Below, in pieces: positions 38,076 through 48,298 of a stretch of 64,000 bases of DNA. The stretch comes from Myxococcota bacterium. Its GTDB lineage: Bacteria; Myxococcota_A; UBA796; CAJQPC01. The translations under genes and the position numbers were made by a program. The stretch is from contig JAZAMN010000059.1 in the NCBI GenBank assembly GCA_036229005.1, forward strand, positions 96,001 to 160,000. Reading direction: 5' to 3'. Position 1 is the stretch's first letter; the number at the start of each line of letters is the position of its first letter. The notes beneath the pieces are model-generated. The model was not told the origin of the DNA. It ran no database searches and saw only the letters and a list, made by a program, of their open reading frames with translations.

Positions 38076-39369
38076 GAGCCAAGACTACCCCAAGCGTTCT
38101 CAGAACAAGCGCCGCAGCAAGCCCAAGGCGCGCCGGACCAAGAAGCCGGAGGCCGAGAGCCAGCCCGCCGCTCCCCGCATCGGCGGCGACGCGGTCGTGG
38201 TCAACGGCTACTCCGCCAAGTGGCTGCGGCAGGGCTTCTGCTGGGTCTACCCGCAGGAGGTCGTGGGACGCCCCAAGCGCCTGCGCGCCGGGCAGGTGGT
38301 GAAGCTGGCCGATGAGCAGGGCGAGGACCTGGGCCGCGGGCTCTGGGACGAGGGCTGGCTGGCGGTGCGGCGCTTCCGCGAAGACAGCGGGCCGGTGGAT
38401 CGCAGCCTGATCGCCGAGCGCCTGGACGCGGCGCAGGCCCTGCGCGACGTGGCGGTGGAGCAGGACACCACGGCCTACCGCCTGGTGCACGGGGAGAACG
38501 ACCTGCTGCCGGGCATCCGGGTGGACGTGTACGGCCCGCACCTGGTGGTCACGCTCGACTCCCCCTCGGTCAAGCCGCTGCTGGGCGCGCTGGTCGAGGA
38601 GCTGGTGGCGCGCCTGTCCCCGCGCGGGATCCACCTGGCGTGGCGGCCGGACCCCCGGGACGACGTGGACACCTCGGAGCTCGAGTCCGGGCTGATCTGG
38701 GGCCACCCCCCTCCCGGCGATGTGCGGGTCACCGAGCGCGGCATCGCCTGCCTGGTGCGCCCCAGCGCCGGCAAGGACATCGGCCTCTATACCGACATGC
38801 GCACGAACCGCGCGTGGCTGGAGTCCTACTGGGGCGGCCGGCGGGTGCTGAACCTCTTCGCCCACACCGGCATGTTCTCGGTGGCCGCGGCCCTGTCCGG
38901 CGCGAGCGAGACGGTCTCGGTGGACCTGAGCGAGGCCTACCTGGACCGCGCCCAGGCCAACTTCGTGGCCAACGGCCTGGACCCCCAGATGCACAGCTTC
39001 CTGGCCGAGGACGTGCGCAAGGCCCTGGACCGCTTCCGCCGCACCGACGACCTCTTCGACGCCGTGATCCTGGACCCGCCGGGCTTCTCCCACGGGCCCG
39101 AGGGCCGCATGGCCGCCGGCAAGGACTACCCGCGCCTCGTAGCCGCCTCCCTCAAGGTGCTGGCCCCCGAGGGCTGGTTCATCGGCGCCCTGAACCTGGG
39201 CCAGGTCACCCCCCGCGAGTTCCACACGGCCGTGCGCGAGGGCGCCAAGCGCGCCGACCGCAAGCTGCAGCTCCTCTTCGAGGGCGGGCAGGCCCCGGAC
39301 CACCCCGCGCTCGTGGAGTTCCCCGAGGGCCGCTACCTCAAGTTCGCTGTGTGGCGCTGCATCGGATGA
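38074..39369 (+). CDS. RlmI/RlmK-like class I SAM-dependent rRNA methyltransferase
   Basis: YRLVHGENDLLPG, GLYTDMR.NR, VLNLFAHTG, ILDPPGF, FPEGRYLK. Confidence 0.92.
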   Translation: MSQDYPKRSQNKRRSKPKARRTKKPEAESQPAAPRIGGDAVVVNGYSAKWLRQGFCWVYPQEVVGRPKRLRAGQVVKLADEQGEDLGRGLWDEGWLAVRRFREDSGPVDRSLIAERLDAAQALRDVAVEQDTTAYRLVHGENDLLPGIRVDVYGPHLVVTLDSPSVKPLLGALVEELVARLSPRGIHLAWRPDPRDDVDTSELESGLIWGHPPPGDVRVTERGIACLVRPSAGKDIGLYTDMRTNRAWLESYWGGRRVLNLFAHTGMFSVAAALSGASETVSVDLSEAYLDRAQANFVANGLDPQMHSFLAEDVRKALDRFRRTDDLFDAVILDPPGFSHGPEGRMAAGKDYPRLVAASLKVLAPEGWFIGALNLGQVTPREFHTAVREGAKRADRKLQLLFEGGQAPDHPALVEFPEGRYLKFAVWRCIG

Positions 39370-40337
39370 GCGTCTCCCACCAGCTCGAGCACCTCAAGCT
39401 CCCCTCGGCCGGAGGGAAGGGGCCCCGGATGCTCCCGAGCCATCGGCTCACCTCCGCACAGCGTGGGCCCACGGTCCTGATCACGGGCGGGGTGCACGGC
39501 GACGAGGTCACCGGTCTGGCGGCCATCCAGGCGCTGATCCCGAAGCTGGAGCAGGCCCTGGACCACGGGCGCGTGCAGCTCTACCCCAGCCTGAACCCGG
39601 CCGGCCTGGAGGCGGGGACCCGCACGGTGCCGGAGGACGGCGCGGACCTGAACCGCCACTTCCCGGGGGCGCGCCGCGGGGTGCCCACCGCGAAGCTCGC
39701 GCACTGTCTGTGGCAGCACATGGAGGGCCACCTGCCCGAGCTGCTGATCGACCTGCACGCGGACAGCGGCGCGTCCATCCCCTACTGCATCGTGGACCGG
39801 CACCTCAAGGGGAGCGCCCGGCTCACGGGCCAGTGCCAGCAGCTCGCGGAGGCCACCGGGCTGACGGTGCTCATGGAGTACCCCCGCAAGCGCTACGCGG
39901 AGTACGGGCTGGAGCGCAGCCTGAGCGGCGCGGCCCTGAACCTGTGGGGCATCCCCAGCCTGACGCTGGAAGCCGGTCCTCGCCTGCGGGTGGATCCCGA
40001 CGCGGTGGAGGCTGTGGTCCAGGCGGTGATGGGTGTGCTGGGCATGTTGGGCATGGTCCCCGCCGCTCCCTCTCCCCACCCGACCCGACTGGAGGGCGGC
40101 CCCTGGCGTCGCGAGGCCGGACCGCGCCTGTCCCACGACGGGCTGCTGGTGCCCAAGGTGCTGCCGGGTCAGAGCTTCCGCCGCGGGCAGCTCCTGGCCG
40201 AGGTGCGCAGCCTGGAGGGGCGCCTGCGGGAGCGCTTGTTGGCCACGCGTCAGGGGGCGGTGATCAGCCTGCCGGAGACGGGCTGGGCCTTGGCCGGGAG
40301 CGCCGCAGGGACATACGCTGTCGCCGAGGAGGCGTGA
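39366..40337 (+). CDS. Succinylglutamate desuccinylase/aspartoacylase (M14-like) family protein
   Basis: GGVHGDE, DLNRHFPG, IDLH, LTLEAG; ATGA overlap with the upstream gene. Confidence 0.9.
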   Translation: MSVSHQLEHLKLPSAGGKGPRMLPSHRLTSAQRGPTVLITGGVHGDEVTGLAAIQALIPKLEQALDHGRVQLYPSLNPAGLEAGTRTVPEDGADLNRHFPGARRGVPTAKLAHCLWQHMEGHLPELLIDLHADSGASIPYCIVDRHLKGSARLTGQCQQLAEATGLTVLMEYPRKRYAEYGLERSLSGAALNLWGIPSLTLEAGPRLRVDPDAVEAVVQAVMGVLGMLGMVPAAPSPHPTRLEGGPWRREAGPRLSHDGLLVPKVLPGQSFRRGQLLAEVRSLEGRLRERLLATRQGAVISLPETGWALAGSAAGTYAVAEEA

Positions 40338-40708
40338 TGCTGTTGCTGGCCCTTGGCTGCCTGCACCCCAAAGAGCCCGCGGTCGCGGCCAAGAGCCCGG
40401 ACAACACGCCGCGGCTGGAGCGCGTGGCGCTGGACAGCGGCGAGGTCTGGCGCGGCGAGGTGGGCATCAGCTTTGCCCGGGACGTGCTCGGGGACGCCGC
40501 CGTGGACGCCTGCCTGACCGAGCTGGAGGACACCCGCTACGACACCTGCGCGATGCGCCTGCACAACTGCCTGACGGTGGTGGTGAGCGGCCCGGAGGAC
40601 GCCACGGTGGTGCTGGACGCGGAGGGCTGCGGGGCGGACCTGCCCTCGGAGACCTGGCTGGTGGTGGACCACGAGGGCGAGGCCAAGCCGCGCGTGGTGA
40701 AGCCGTGA
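40337..40708 (+). CDS. Hypothetical lipoprotein
   Basis: MLLLALGC; overlaps both neighbours; GAGGAGG RBS. Confidence 0.75.
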   Translation: MLLLALGCLHPKEPAVAAKSPDNTPRLERVALDSGEVWRGEVGISFARDVLGDAAVDACLTELEDTRYDTCAMRLHNCLTVVVSGPEDATVVLDAEGCGADLPSETWLVVDHEGEAKPRVVKP

Positions 40709-41673
40709 TCCTGCTGACCGGCGGCACGGGGCAGATCGGCTCGGCGATCGCGCGGGAGTTGGTGGCCCAGGGACGCGACGTGCGCTGCCTGGTCCGCCGC
40801 AAGGAGCGCCTGGGGGTGCTGGACCCCGAGGGTGTGGAGCTGGTGCTGGGCGACGTGACCGACCTGGGCTCGCTGCGGGTGGCGGCCAAGGGCTGCAAGC
40901 AGGTGATCCACGCGGCCGGGGTGGTCAGCTACCTGGACAAGAACAAGGAGCTCCAGCGCGAGGTCAACGTGGGCGGCACGACCAACGTGCTGGACGCGGC
41001 GGCGTTCGTGGACGCGGACCGGGTGCTGCTGACCTCGTCGATCGCGGCGCTGGGGTGGGTGCCCGCGGGCGAGATCGGCGACGAGACCACCGCCTGGAAC
41101 TGGGGCCCGCTGGGGCTGGGCTACTTCGACACCAAGCACGCGGCCGAGATCGCCGTGCTGAACGAGCACCGGCTGGAGGGCGTGGCGGTGAACCCGGGCA
41201 TCACCCTGGGCGCCTACGACCTGCACCAGAACGGCGGCCGCATCCTGATGAACGTCCACAAGGGCATGCCGGGGGTGCCCCCAGGCGCGACGACTGTGGC
41301 CAGCCTGGACGACGTGGTGCAGGGGCACATCGCCGCGCTGGACAAGGGGCGGGCCGGCGAGCGCTACGTGCTGGGTGGGCACACGCCCAGCTTCCTGGAG
41401 CTGTTCACCGCCGCGGCCCAGGTGGTGGGCAAGCCGGCGCCGACCCGGGTGCTGCCCAAGTGGGTGACCAAGGTCGCGGGCGGCCTGCAGCTCCTCAAGG
41501 GTGCGCTGACCGACCAGGAGCCTCCCCTGACCCCCGGGCTGGCCGAGGTGAGCGCCCAGAACCGCCGCTACGCCAGCGACAAGGCGATCCGCGAGCTGGG
41601 CTACGCCCCCAAGCCCCTGGAGCACGGTCTGGAGGCCTGCTGGGCCTGGTACCGGGAGCAGGGCATCGTCTGA
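40705..41673 (+). CDS. NAD-dependent epimerase/dehydratase (HpnA/dihydroflavonol reductase-like)
   Basis: TGGTGQIG, HAAG, TSS, YFDTK (YxxxK), GERYVLGG. Confidence 0.92.
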   Translation: MILLTGGTGQIGSAIARELVAQGRDVRCLVRRKERLGVLDPEGVELVLGDVTDLGSLRVAAKGCKQVIHAAGVVSYLDKNKELQREVNVGGTTNVLDAAAFVDADRVLLTSSIAALGWVPAGEIGDETTAWNWGPLGLGYFDTKHAAEIAVLNEHRLEGVAVNPGITLGAYDLHQNGGRILMNVHKGMPGVPPGATTVASLDDVVQGHIAALDKGRAGERYVLGGHTPSFLELFTAAAQVVGKPAPTRVLPKWVTKVAGGLQLLKGALTDQEPPLTPGLAEVSAQNRRYASDKAIRELGYAPKPLEHGLEACWAWYREQGIV

Positions 41674-41689
41674 GGCTCCCCCTCAGGGG

Positions 41690-42817
41690 CTATCGGGCGC
41701 AGATCCCGGGGTGGACCCGCCAGTGCTCCAGGCCGATGGCGTCCTGCCCTTCGATGCGCGTGACGACCAGATCCAGGGCGCCGTCTGCCGTCAGGTCGTG
41801 CAGGGCGTACCAGATGCGCCCGGTGGTGGCCTCGGGGGCGGGGAAGCTGCCGGCCGGGTAGCCCTCGGGCAGGTGTACGAGCGCCGTGGGCTCCCCCAGA
41901 GTGTCGAGCTCCAGGCTGTAGCGCTGCCACGCCGTGTCGCTGTGGGCGGGGTCGATCAGGGCCAGCCTGTCCTCGTCGATGGGCATGAGCGTCGCGGTGT
42001 CCGGGAGGACGAGGGGCTCAGGGGGTGAGAACGACTGGGGCCCACCAAAGGAGATCCCCGCCTCCCCGAACCAGTCGAGCCATCCGTCCCCGTCGAGGTC
42101 CTGGAGGGTGCCTCCGACGCCGGGGGCCTGGACGCTGACCCCGTTGGACGCGAAGCTGCCGGCCTGCCCGGGGTGGATCTCCCAGCCGCCCTCGGTGGCG
42201 ATCCACAGGTCGGGCCAGCCGTCGCCCTGCCAGTCGCCCAGGTGGAAGCTGGCGCCGCGGATCGCCAGGGGGAGGTTGTAGAGGAAGGCGCTGTCGGAGA
42301 AGCCCTGTTCGGCTCTGGGGTACACCAACCAGTAGCTCTGGCCCAGCTCACTGGAGCCGGGGAGCTGGGTGACGACGAGGTCCTGCTGGCCGTCCCCGCT
42401 GAGGTCCAGCAGGCGCCAGTCCAGGTCTTCGCCGTCCAGGTTCTCGAGCTGGCCCAGGCTGCTGGCCAGGGGGCCGGGCACCGGGAAGGGGTTGGGGTCG
42501 AGCGCGAAGCCGGCGCCGCTGTTGTCGTGCACGGACCAGCCGCCCTCGGCGTGGGCGGGCTCGGTGTAGACCAGCGAGAGGCCCTGGCCCAGGTCCAGCA
42601 GGCCCCAGTTGTTGCCGCCGGGATCCGGGTCCACGGGCAGACGGAGGGAGCCCTGGCTGTCGGCGGGGAGCGTCCAGATCAGGGCCTGGTTGGCGAAAGC
42701 GGCGACCTCGCAGGGGGCCGGCGGCGCAGTGTCCGGGCCGGTGTCCACGGGGGCGGGGTCCAGACCGCAGCCCAGCAGCCCCATCGCGGCCGGGGCCATC
42801 AGCGCCAGGCTCAGCAC
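41690..42817 (-). CDS. FG-GAP/VCBS-repeat lipoprotein
   Basis: LLGC lipobox; DLSGDGQQDLVV, DWQGDGWPDL, DLDGDGWLD, DLTADGALDLVV. Confidence 0.8.
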   Translation of the reverse strand: MLSLALMAPAAMGLLGCGLDPAPVDTGPDTAPPAPCEVAAFANQALIWTLPADSQGSLRLPVDPDPGGNNWGLLDLGQGLSLVYTEPAHAEGGWSVHDNSGAGFALDPNPFPVPGPLASSLGQLENLDGEDLDWRLLDLSGDGQQDLVVTQLPGSSELGQSYWLVYPRAEQGFSDSAFLYNLPLAIRGASFHLGDWQGDGWPDLWIATEGGWEIHPGQAGSFASNGVSVQAPGVGGTLQDLDGDGWLDWFGEAGISFGGPQSFSPPEPLVLPDTATLMPIDEDRLALIDPAHSDTAWQRYSLELDTLGEPTALVHLPEGYPAGSFPAPEATTGRIWYALHDLTADGALDLVVTRIEGQDAIGLEHWRVHPGICAR

Positions 42818-43770
42818 GCGCCTCCGACCAGGGCCTCGACGACCTGGGCACGGGAGCGGGGGCCGTAGGTGGCGACCCAGTCGGGGTTCGGCAAGCGCAT
42901 GGGCTGGACCTCAAGGTACCTGGGCAGCTCGGGGTCCGGGAGCAGCTCGCCCTTGATGCGGCGCACCAGGCGGCCCCCCAGGCTGGTGCGCAGGGGGGGC
43001 GGCTCGCGGAAGGTCTGGCGGCACATGGCCTGGTGGAGCTGCTCGAAGCTGGCCAGGAGGCTCACGGCATCTACCCGGCTGAGCTTGGCGACGAAGCGGC
43101 GCTCCCCGGGCATGGCCTGGCCCTGGACCCGGGCGACGATGGAGCGGGCGAGCTCGTCCATGTGGACGAAGGGCAGCGGGGTCTGGGCGCCGGGGAGCTC
43201 CAGGTGGGTGCCGGACTCAGCGGCGGCGGCGGCGGCCTCCAGCCAGCCGGTGAGGGCCCCGGTGCTGCCCAGCGCGCCGAAGGGGTGCCCCGCGCGGACG
43301 ATGCAGGTCTCCACGCCGCTGCGGCGGGCGAAGAAGCCGACACGGGCCTCGGCGGCGCAGAGGGTGGCCAGCCAGGTGGAGCCGAAGGCGCTGGCGTCCA
43401 CGTCGGGCTCGTCGGGGGAGGGGTGGTCCAGCAGGGCGGAGCTCAGGGTGATCAGCAGCTCGGGGTCGCCGAACGCGGAGAAGGCGTGGAGCAGCGACTG
43501 GGTGGCCTTGAGGTTGCGCTCGATGAGCTGGCCGTCGCTGCCCTGGGCGTCCTGGTCCAGGTGCAGCAGGGCCTGCACGCCGCGGATGCGCTCGCCGTAC
43601 TGCTGGGGGCAGAGGGGGTCGGCCTCGATGACAGGCACGCCCCACTCCGCGCTGCGCACAGGGTCCAGCTCGCCGGGGCGGGCCAGCACCAGCAGCTCAT
43701 GTTCGTCGCGCAGACCGAGCAGGACGCGGCGACCCAGGGGGCCGTGGGCGCCCGTGAGGAGGATCTTCAT
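42811..43770 (-). CDS. Atypical NAD(P)-binding SDR/epimerase-like protein
   Basis: MKILLTGAHGPLG, PFVHMDELA; canonical YxxxK not evident. Confidence 0.7.
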   Translation of the reverse strand: MKILLTGAHGPLGRRVLLGLRDEHELLVLARPGELDPVRSAEWGVPVIEADPLCPQQYGERIRGVQALLHLDQDAQGSDGQLIERNLKATQSLLHAFSAFGDPELLITLSSALLDHPSPDEPDVDASAFGSTWLATLCAAEARVGFFARRSGVETCIVRAGHPFGALGSTGALTGWLEAAAAAAESGTHLELPGAQTPLPFVHMDELARSIVARVQGQAMPGERRFVAKLSRVDAVSLLASFEQLHQAMCRQTFREPPPLRTSLGGRLVRRIKGELLPDPELPRYLEVQPMRLPNPDWVATYGPRSRAQVVEALVGGAC

Positions 43771-44912
43771 GCGCCCACCTCCTGGATGAGGGCCACGAGC
43801 TCGGACTGGACCTGCTCCCGCCGGACGGGGCAGCCTCCAATGTGGGGGACGCCGTGCTCCTTGGCGAAGCATGCGCTGCAGTCCCCCAGAGCCACCGCGG
43901 GGCGCTCCGGCTCGGGCGTCCGGGTCTCGGGCTGGTGCCCCATGTAGAGGTCCACGCCGTCCACAAAGAGGCGCTTGGCCAGGGTGGCCATGGTGCGCAG
44001 GCGCGTGGGCTGCTCGCGGGCGAAGTCCAGCACCGACTCGGCGGCCACGTGGCAGGTCGCGCAGCTATCTCCGGGGAACACGCGGGCGGCGCGGGTGGGG
44101 TGCAGCACGCCGGTGGGCTGCTTGAAGTCGCGGCGCTGATCGGCCCACTGCTGGGGGGGCGCGGGGAGCTCGCGGTCCAGGGCCTTGGCCAGAGCGGCGA
44201 TGTGCTCGACCTGGGCGGGCTCAAGTCCCATCAGCCAGGCGGCGGCGGCGTCGACCTCCAGCAGGTCGGTCCCGCCCAGGTAGTAGCCGGTCTGCACGGG
44301 GTCTCCGTGGTGGGGGCCCTCGCCCTCCATGGCCAGCTCCGCCTCGACCAGGGTCAGCCCCGGCTGCAGGGTGGCGCCGAGCTGCCCCATGAGCGGCTCC
44401 AGGCCCTCGCGGTGCATGCGCAGGGACTCGCTGTCGGGGAGCAGGCCCATCAGGCCCTTGGTGCCCACCGCCATGCGGGTGCCGGAGTGGGTCTTGAGGC
44501 GCACGCAGTTGATCAGCAGGTCCTGCTCCGAGAGCACCGAGGGCACCAGGAAGCCCCCCCGCAGGCTCATGGGCTCGACCTCCAGGTCCACCAGGCGCAG
44601 GTGGGGGAAGTCCTCCAGCAGCTCCATGCAGCCGGTCCCTTCGAGCAGGTCCATGAACGAGGTGTAGGGCACATCCGGCGGGGTGAGCAGCGCGCTGTGG
44701 GCCAGGCAGACCGAGCGGATCCCCTGCTCCTGCAGCCAGCTCAGCAGCGCGTGGAGGAAGGCGCGGCTGGTGGTCTCCGCGGGAGCTGGGTCCACCGCGT
44801 TCCAGTCGGGCTTGATGATCACCCGGCTGGCGGGCTGCAGCCCCAAGTCGAGGTCATCGAGGAGCTGCTTGAGGGACCCGCGCGGGTCGGTGAAGGGCGT
44901 CAGCGCGATCAT
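43767..44912 (-). CDS. DUF362-domain protein with a C-terminal Cys cluster (putative Fe-S)
   Basis: IIKPDW, RLKTH, MEGEGP..G, C-terminal CATC...GDC...GGCP. Confidence 0.82.
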   Translation of the reverse strand: MIALTPFTDPRGSLKQLLDDLDLGLQPASRVIIKPDWNAVDPAPAETTSRAFLHALLSWLQEQGIRSVCLAHSALLTPPDVPYTSFMDLLEGTGCMELLEDFPHLRLVDLEVEPMSLRGGFLVPSVLSEQDLLINCVRLKTHSGTRMAVGTKGLMGLLPDSESLRMHREGLEPLMGQLGATLQPGLTLVEAELAMEGEGPHHGDPVQTGYYLGGTDLLEVDAAAAWLMGLEPAQVEHIAALAKALDRELPAPPQQWADQRRDFKQPTGVLHPTRAARVFPGDSCATCHVAAESVLDFAREQPTRLRTMATLAKRLFVDGVDLYMGHQPETRTPEPERPAVALGDCSACFAKEHGVPHIGGCPVRREQVQSELVALIQEVGA

Positions 44913-44975
44913 GCACCCACCTTAGCCCGCTGGCCCCCCCTCATGGGAGGGTCGCTGCGATCCGCTGACGGGAGC

Positions 44976-45608
44976 ATGAGCACCTCCCTCCCCACGCGGC
45001 CCTGGACCCAGGCTGGGCCCGCCCAGATCTCCACGCTGGTCACCCTCGCGGGGGGCATGGCGATCACCGCCCTGGCCTCCCTCGCGGACCCCGGCCCCGC
45101 CCTGCTGATCTTCTCCGGGGGCGTGACCATGGGGGTCACGGGCGCGATCTGGGCGCTCATCGCGCGCCGCCCGCCCACTCGCTGGGCTCAGGTCGCCGAG
45201 GCCCAGGGCCTGACCTGGGAGCGCAAGGGCAAGGTGGAGTGGCTGCGCGGCAACTGGGGCGGCCGCAGAGTCAGCGTCCGGGTCTGGGGCCGCCGCATGG
45301 ACGTGACCTGCGCCCCCTTCAAGGAGCTGGAGCGCGACTTCCCCGCCTCCAGCGAGGCCCTCAAGGAGCACCTGGCCGCCGTGCAGCGCGGTGTCCCTCC
45401 GGCCTCCGATTTGGGCGACCCCATCGTGCGGGCGGCGTTCGCCGAGACCCTGAGCGCGGGCTTCGAGGTGCGCGGCCTGGCCGGCGAGCTGGACCTCCGC
45501 GGCCCCCCCAAACCCGAGGCGGTCCCGCGCATGCTGGAGGCGGTGGTGAGCCTGTGCATGACCCTGGATCAGAGCCGCCTTCGCCGAAAGACCGACACCC
45601 TGTTCTGA
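44976..45608 (+). CDS. Hypothetical membrane protein (2 TM)
   Basis: GGAG RBS; two hydrophobic helices followed by a soluble domain. Confidence 0.7.
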   Translation: MSTSLPTRPWTQAGPAQISTLVTLAGGMAITALASLADPGPALLIFSGGVTMGVTGAIWALIARRPPTRWAQVAEAQGLTWERKGKVEWLRGNWGGRRVSVRVWGRRMDVTCAPFKELERDFPASSEALKEHLAAVQRGVPPASDLGDPIVRAAFAETLSAGFEVRGLAGELDLRGPPKPEAVPRMLEAVVSLCMTLDQSRLRRKTDTLF

Positions 45609-45661
45609 GGGAGCGAGCGCACACCGGGTAGGCTAAGGAGAGGTACTGACCCGGAGTCAAG

Positions 45662-47554
45662 ATGTGGATGCTGCTGCTGGCCTGTAGCCAGGTGACCCCG
45701 CGCGAGGCTGGGGACCGCACCCCGCCCCCCGCCGCCGACTGCGACCCCCTGGATCCCGTCCACTGCCTGCTCCCCTTCCCGTCCAACAGCAGCATGGTCG
45801 CCGACGCCAGCACCGAGACCGGGCTGCGCATGGCCTTCGACCCCAGCTCCCTGGGCGTGGACGATGACCCCAGCTTCCTGAACCTGGCCGACGGCTTCTC
45901 CCGGATCACCGGCGTGGCCGTGGCCTTCGACCAGGTGCTCGACCCCAGCATCGCCAGCGAGTCGGTGCTCCCGGCGGTCGAGGGCACCGGCCCTCTGCAG
46001 GTGTTCAACGCGCAGGTGGGCAGCGACCGCTACGGCCAGCGCATGGCGTACTGGACCGAGCTCTACGACGCCTCCAACGTCAGCTCCGAGCGCACGATGC
46101 TGGTGGGCCGCCCCGAAGAGGTGCTGGAGGCCAACGCCGACCACGTCTTCGTGGTGCTGGACTCCAGCGGCGGCGCCGTCACCGAGTCCGTGCAGGTGGC
46201 GCTGGGCCTGACCGAGCCCCGCGGCTCGGACGAAGAGGCGCTGGCCGCCCACTACGCCCCCACCGCCGACTTCCTGGTGGAGCAGGGCATCGACCTGGAG
46301 AGCGTGGTGCGCTTCGGCGAGTTCACCACCCGCTCCGAGGCCGACCCCCAGAAGCGCATGGAGGCCATGATGGCCGCGCTGGAGGACGCCAGCTCCGATC
46401 TGGGCGTGGAGATCGACGCCGTGGTGGAGCCCGCAGATCCCGCCGTGGCCGCCATCGTGCGCGGCCGCCTGACCGGCGCCCCCAGCTTCCTGAACGATGA
46501 CGGCACCCTGGAGCTGGACGCCGACGGCAACCCCAGCATCGTGGGCACCGCCGACATCGAGTTCCGCATCAGCATCCCCGCCGACGTCGAGAACTACCGG
46601 GTCGTGCTCTACGGCCACGGCACCGGCGGCGACGTCACCGACTCCTCCTTCGACACCGAGCTGGCCGAGTACGGCATCGCCAAGCTCAACCTGCGCTTCG
46701 ACGGCTGGACCGGCACCGACTTCGTGGGCACCCTGGGCGACCTGAGCGCCTTCCTGGAGGGCAGCGAGCGGAGCACCTCCGGACTGCTGGAGTCCCTGGC
46801 GGGGGGAACGGTCCTGGTGACCTCGCTTGGGGGCGCGCTCGGAGAGACCCTGAGCGCCGAGACCCTGGGCGGTGAGCCCAACCCTGCCGCGGGCCAGGTC
46901 CCCCGCTCGGACGAGGTCGTCTGGATGGGCGGCTCCCTGGGTGGCACGCTGGGCGCCGTGATCGTGTCCGCGGACCCGCGCCTGACCAAGGCCGTGCTCA
47001 ACGTGCCCGGCACCGGCTGGAGCCACATGATTCCGCACTCCCTGCTCTACGACGTGGGCCTGGGTGATGCGCTGGAGGGCAACTACGGCAGCATCGTCGA
47101 CCTGCAGATCGTGCTGCTGGCCGGCCAGGTCTCCTGGGACGACGTCGACGGCGCGGTGTGGGCCGACAAGGCGCTGGACGTGGGCGGCAGCTTCCTGCTC
47201 CAGCAGTCCATGGGCGACCCCGTGCTCCCCAACCTGGGCACGCGCCTGCTGGCCCGCAGCCTGAACGCCGTGCAGCTCGAGCCCAGCCTGGAGCCCCTCT
47301 ACGGCGCGGAGACCACCACCGACACCGTCCAGACCGGCGCCGCCCTGGAGCAGTTCTGGGTCGCGGACACCGGCCCCTACGACGTCCACGGCTTCGCAGC
47401 GCGCAACACCATCGCCGGAGACGCCGCCCTGGAGCAGATCCTGCTCTTCGCCCAGGACGCCTGGGAGGGCCAGACCCCCATGAGCCACCCCAGCATCTGC
47501 ACGGACCAGGGCGCGGACGGGACCTGTGACTTCCGGGCGCTGACGGAGGACTGA
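45662..47554 (+). CDS. Lipoprotein with a C-terminal alpha/beta-hydrolase (extracellular lipase-like) domain
   Basis: MWMLLLAC; CLLPFPS, DGFS, VLYGHG, GGSLGG nucleophile elbow, HGF. Confidence 0.82.
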   Translation: MWMLLLACSQVTPREAGDRTPPPAADCDPLDPVHCLLPFPSNSSMVADASTETGLRMAFDPSSLGVDDDPSFLNLADGFSRITGVAVAFDQVLDPSIASESVLPAVEGTGPLQVFNAQVGSDRYGQRMAYWTELYDASNVSSERTMLVGRPEEVLEANADHVFVVLDSSGGAVTESVQVALGLTEPRGSDEEALAAHYAPTADFLVEQGIDLESVVRFGEFTTRSEADPQKRMEAMMAALEDASSDLGVEIDAVVEPADPAVAAIVRGRLTGAPSFLNDDGTLELDADGNPSIVGTADIEFRISIPADVENYRVVLYGHGTGGDVTDSSFDTELAEYGIAKLNLRFDGWTGTDFVGTLGDLSAFLEGSERSTSGLLESLAGGTVLVTSLGGALGETLSAETLGGEPNPAAGQVPRSDEVVWMGGSLGGTLGAVIVSADPRLTKAVLNVPGTGWSHMIPHSLLYDVGLGDALEGNYGSIVDLQIVLLAGQVSWDDVDGAVWADKALDVGGSFLLQQSMGDPVLPNLGTRLLARSLNAVQLEPSLEPLYGAETTTDTVQTGAALEQFWVADTGPYDVHGFAARNTIAGDAALEQILLFAQDAWEGQTPMSHPSICTDQGADGTCDFRALTED

Positions 47555-47602
47555 GCCTGGTTCTCCCTTGACGTCTTCTCGATGGAGGGGAAGAGTGGCT
47601 GC

Positions 47603-48208
47603 ATGACGCACACAAGTGGGATGGCCCTCCTCCTGGGCCTCTGGGGCGCGGCCCCACCGGACAGCACGCCCTCCACCGGCGAGGACACACTGGGCCTGCA
47701 GCTCGGCGTCGCGGGGGCCTGGGCGCCCAGCGGGCCGCTCTCCACCCCCTACGCGCGGGCCCAGCTGCGGCTGCCGGTGAACAGCGACAGCGCGATGTTG
47801 CTGGGGCTGGGCGTCGACCTGGGGACGGACCGGCAGACCGTGACCTGGGAGAACGACACGCCACTCACCATCGACGGCCACTGGACAGTGCGCAGCACGC
47901 AGCTGAGCCTCCGCCCTGCCCTGGCCTTCCGGAGCAGCCCGCAGCGCCCGCTGCAGGGCGAGCTGGCCTTTGGCGTCGTCGCCGTCCTGGACCGGGAGCG
48001 CTGGCGCGCAACCGACGGGTCCGAGCGGCTCACCGACAGCGCGGTGCAGACCCAGACCTACATCGCCCCCTCCGCACAGGCGGCGCTGCTCTACGCCCTG
48101 GGTCCGGGGCGCGTCGAGCTCGGGGCGAGCGTCGATCTCCACGGCGACGGCTTGGGCGGCTACGTCCCGATGGGGAGCGCGCACCTTGGGTATCGCTGGG
48201 TGCTCTGA
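47603..48208 (+). CDS. Putative small outer-membrane beta-barrel protein
   Basis: Hydrophobic N-terminus, alternating beta-strand pattern, C-terminal HLGYRWVL. Start uncertain (47582, 47603 or 47621). Confidence 0.6.
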   Translation: MTHTSGMALLLGLWGAAPPDSTPSTGEDTLGLQLGVAGAWAPSGPLSTPYARAQLRLPVNSDSAMLLGLGVDLGTDRQTVTWENDTPLTIDGHWTVRSTQLSLRPALAFRSSPQRPLQGELAFGVVAVLDRERWRATDGSERLTDSAVQTQTYIAPSAQAALLYALGPGRVELGASVDLHGDGLGGYVPMGSAHLGYRWVL

Positions 48209-48298
48209 AGGCCCGAAGCGTCAGGCTTTCGGCCGCACCCATGTCAGGCTCGTATCAGGGATGCACAGCTACCCTGAAGGGGTCGTGATGGAGCGCGC

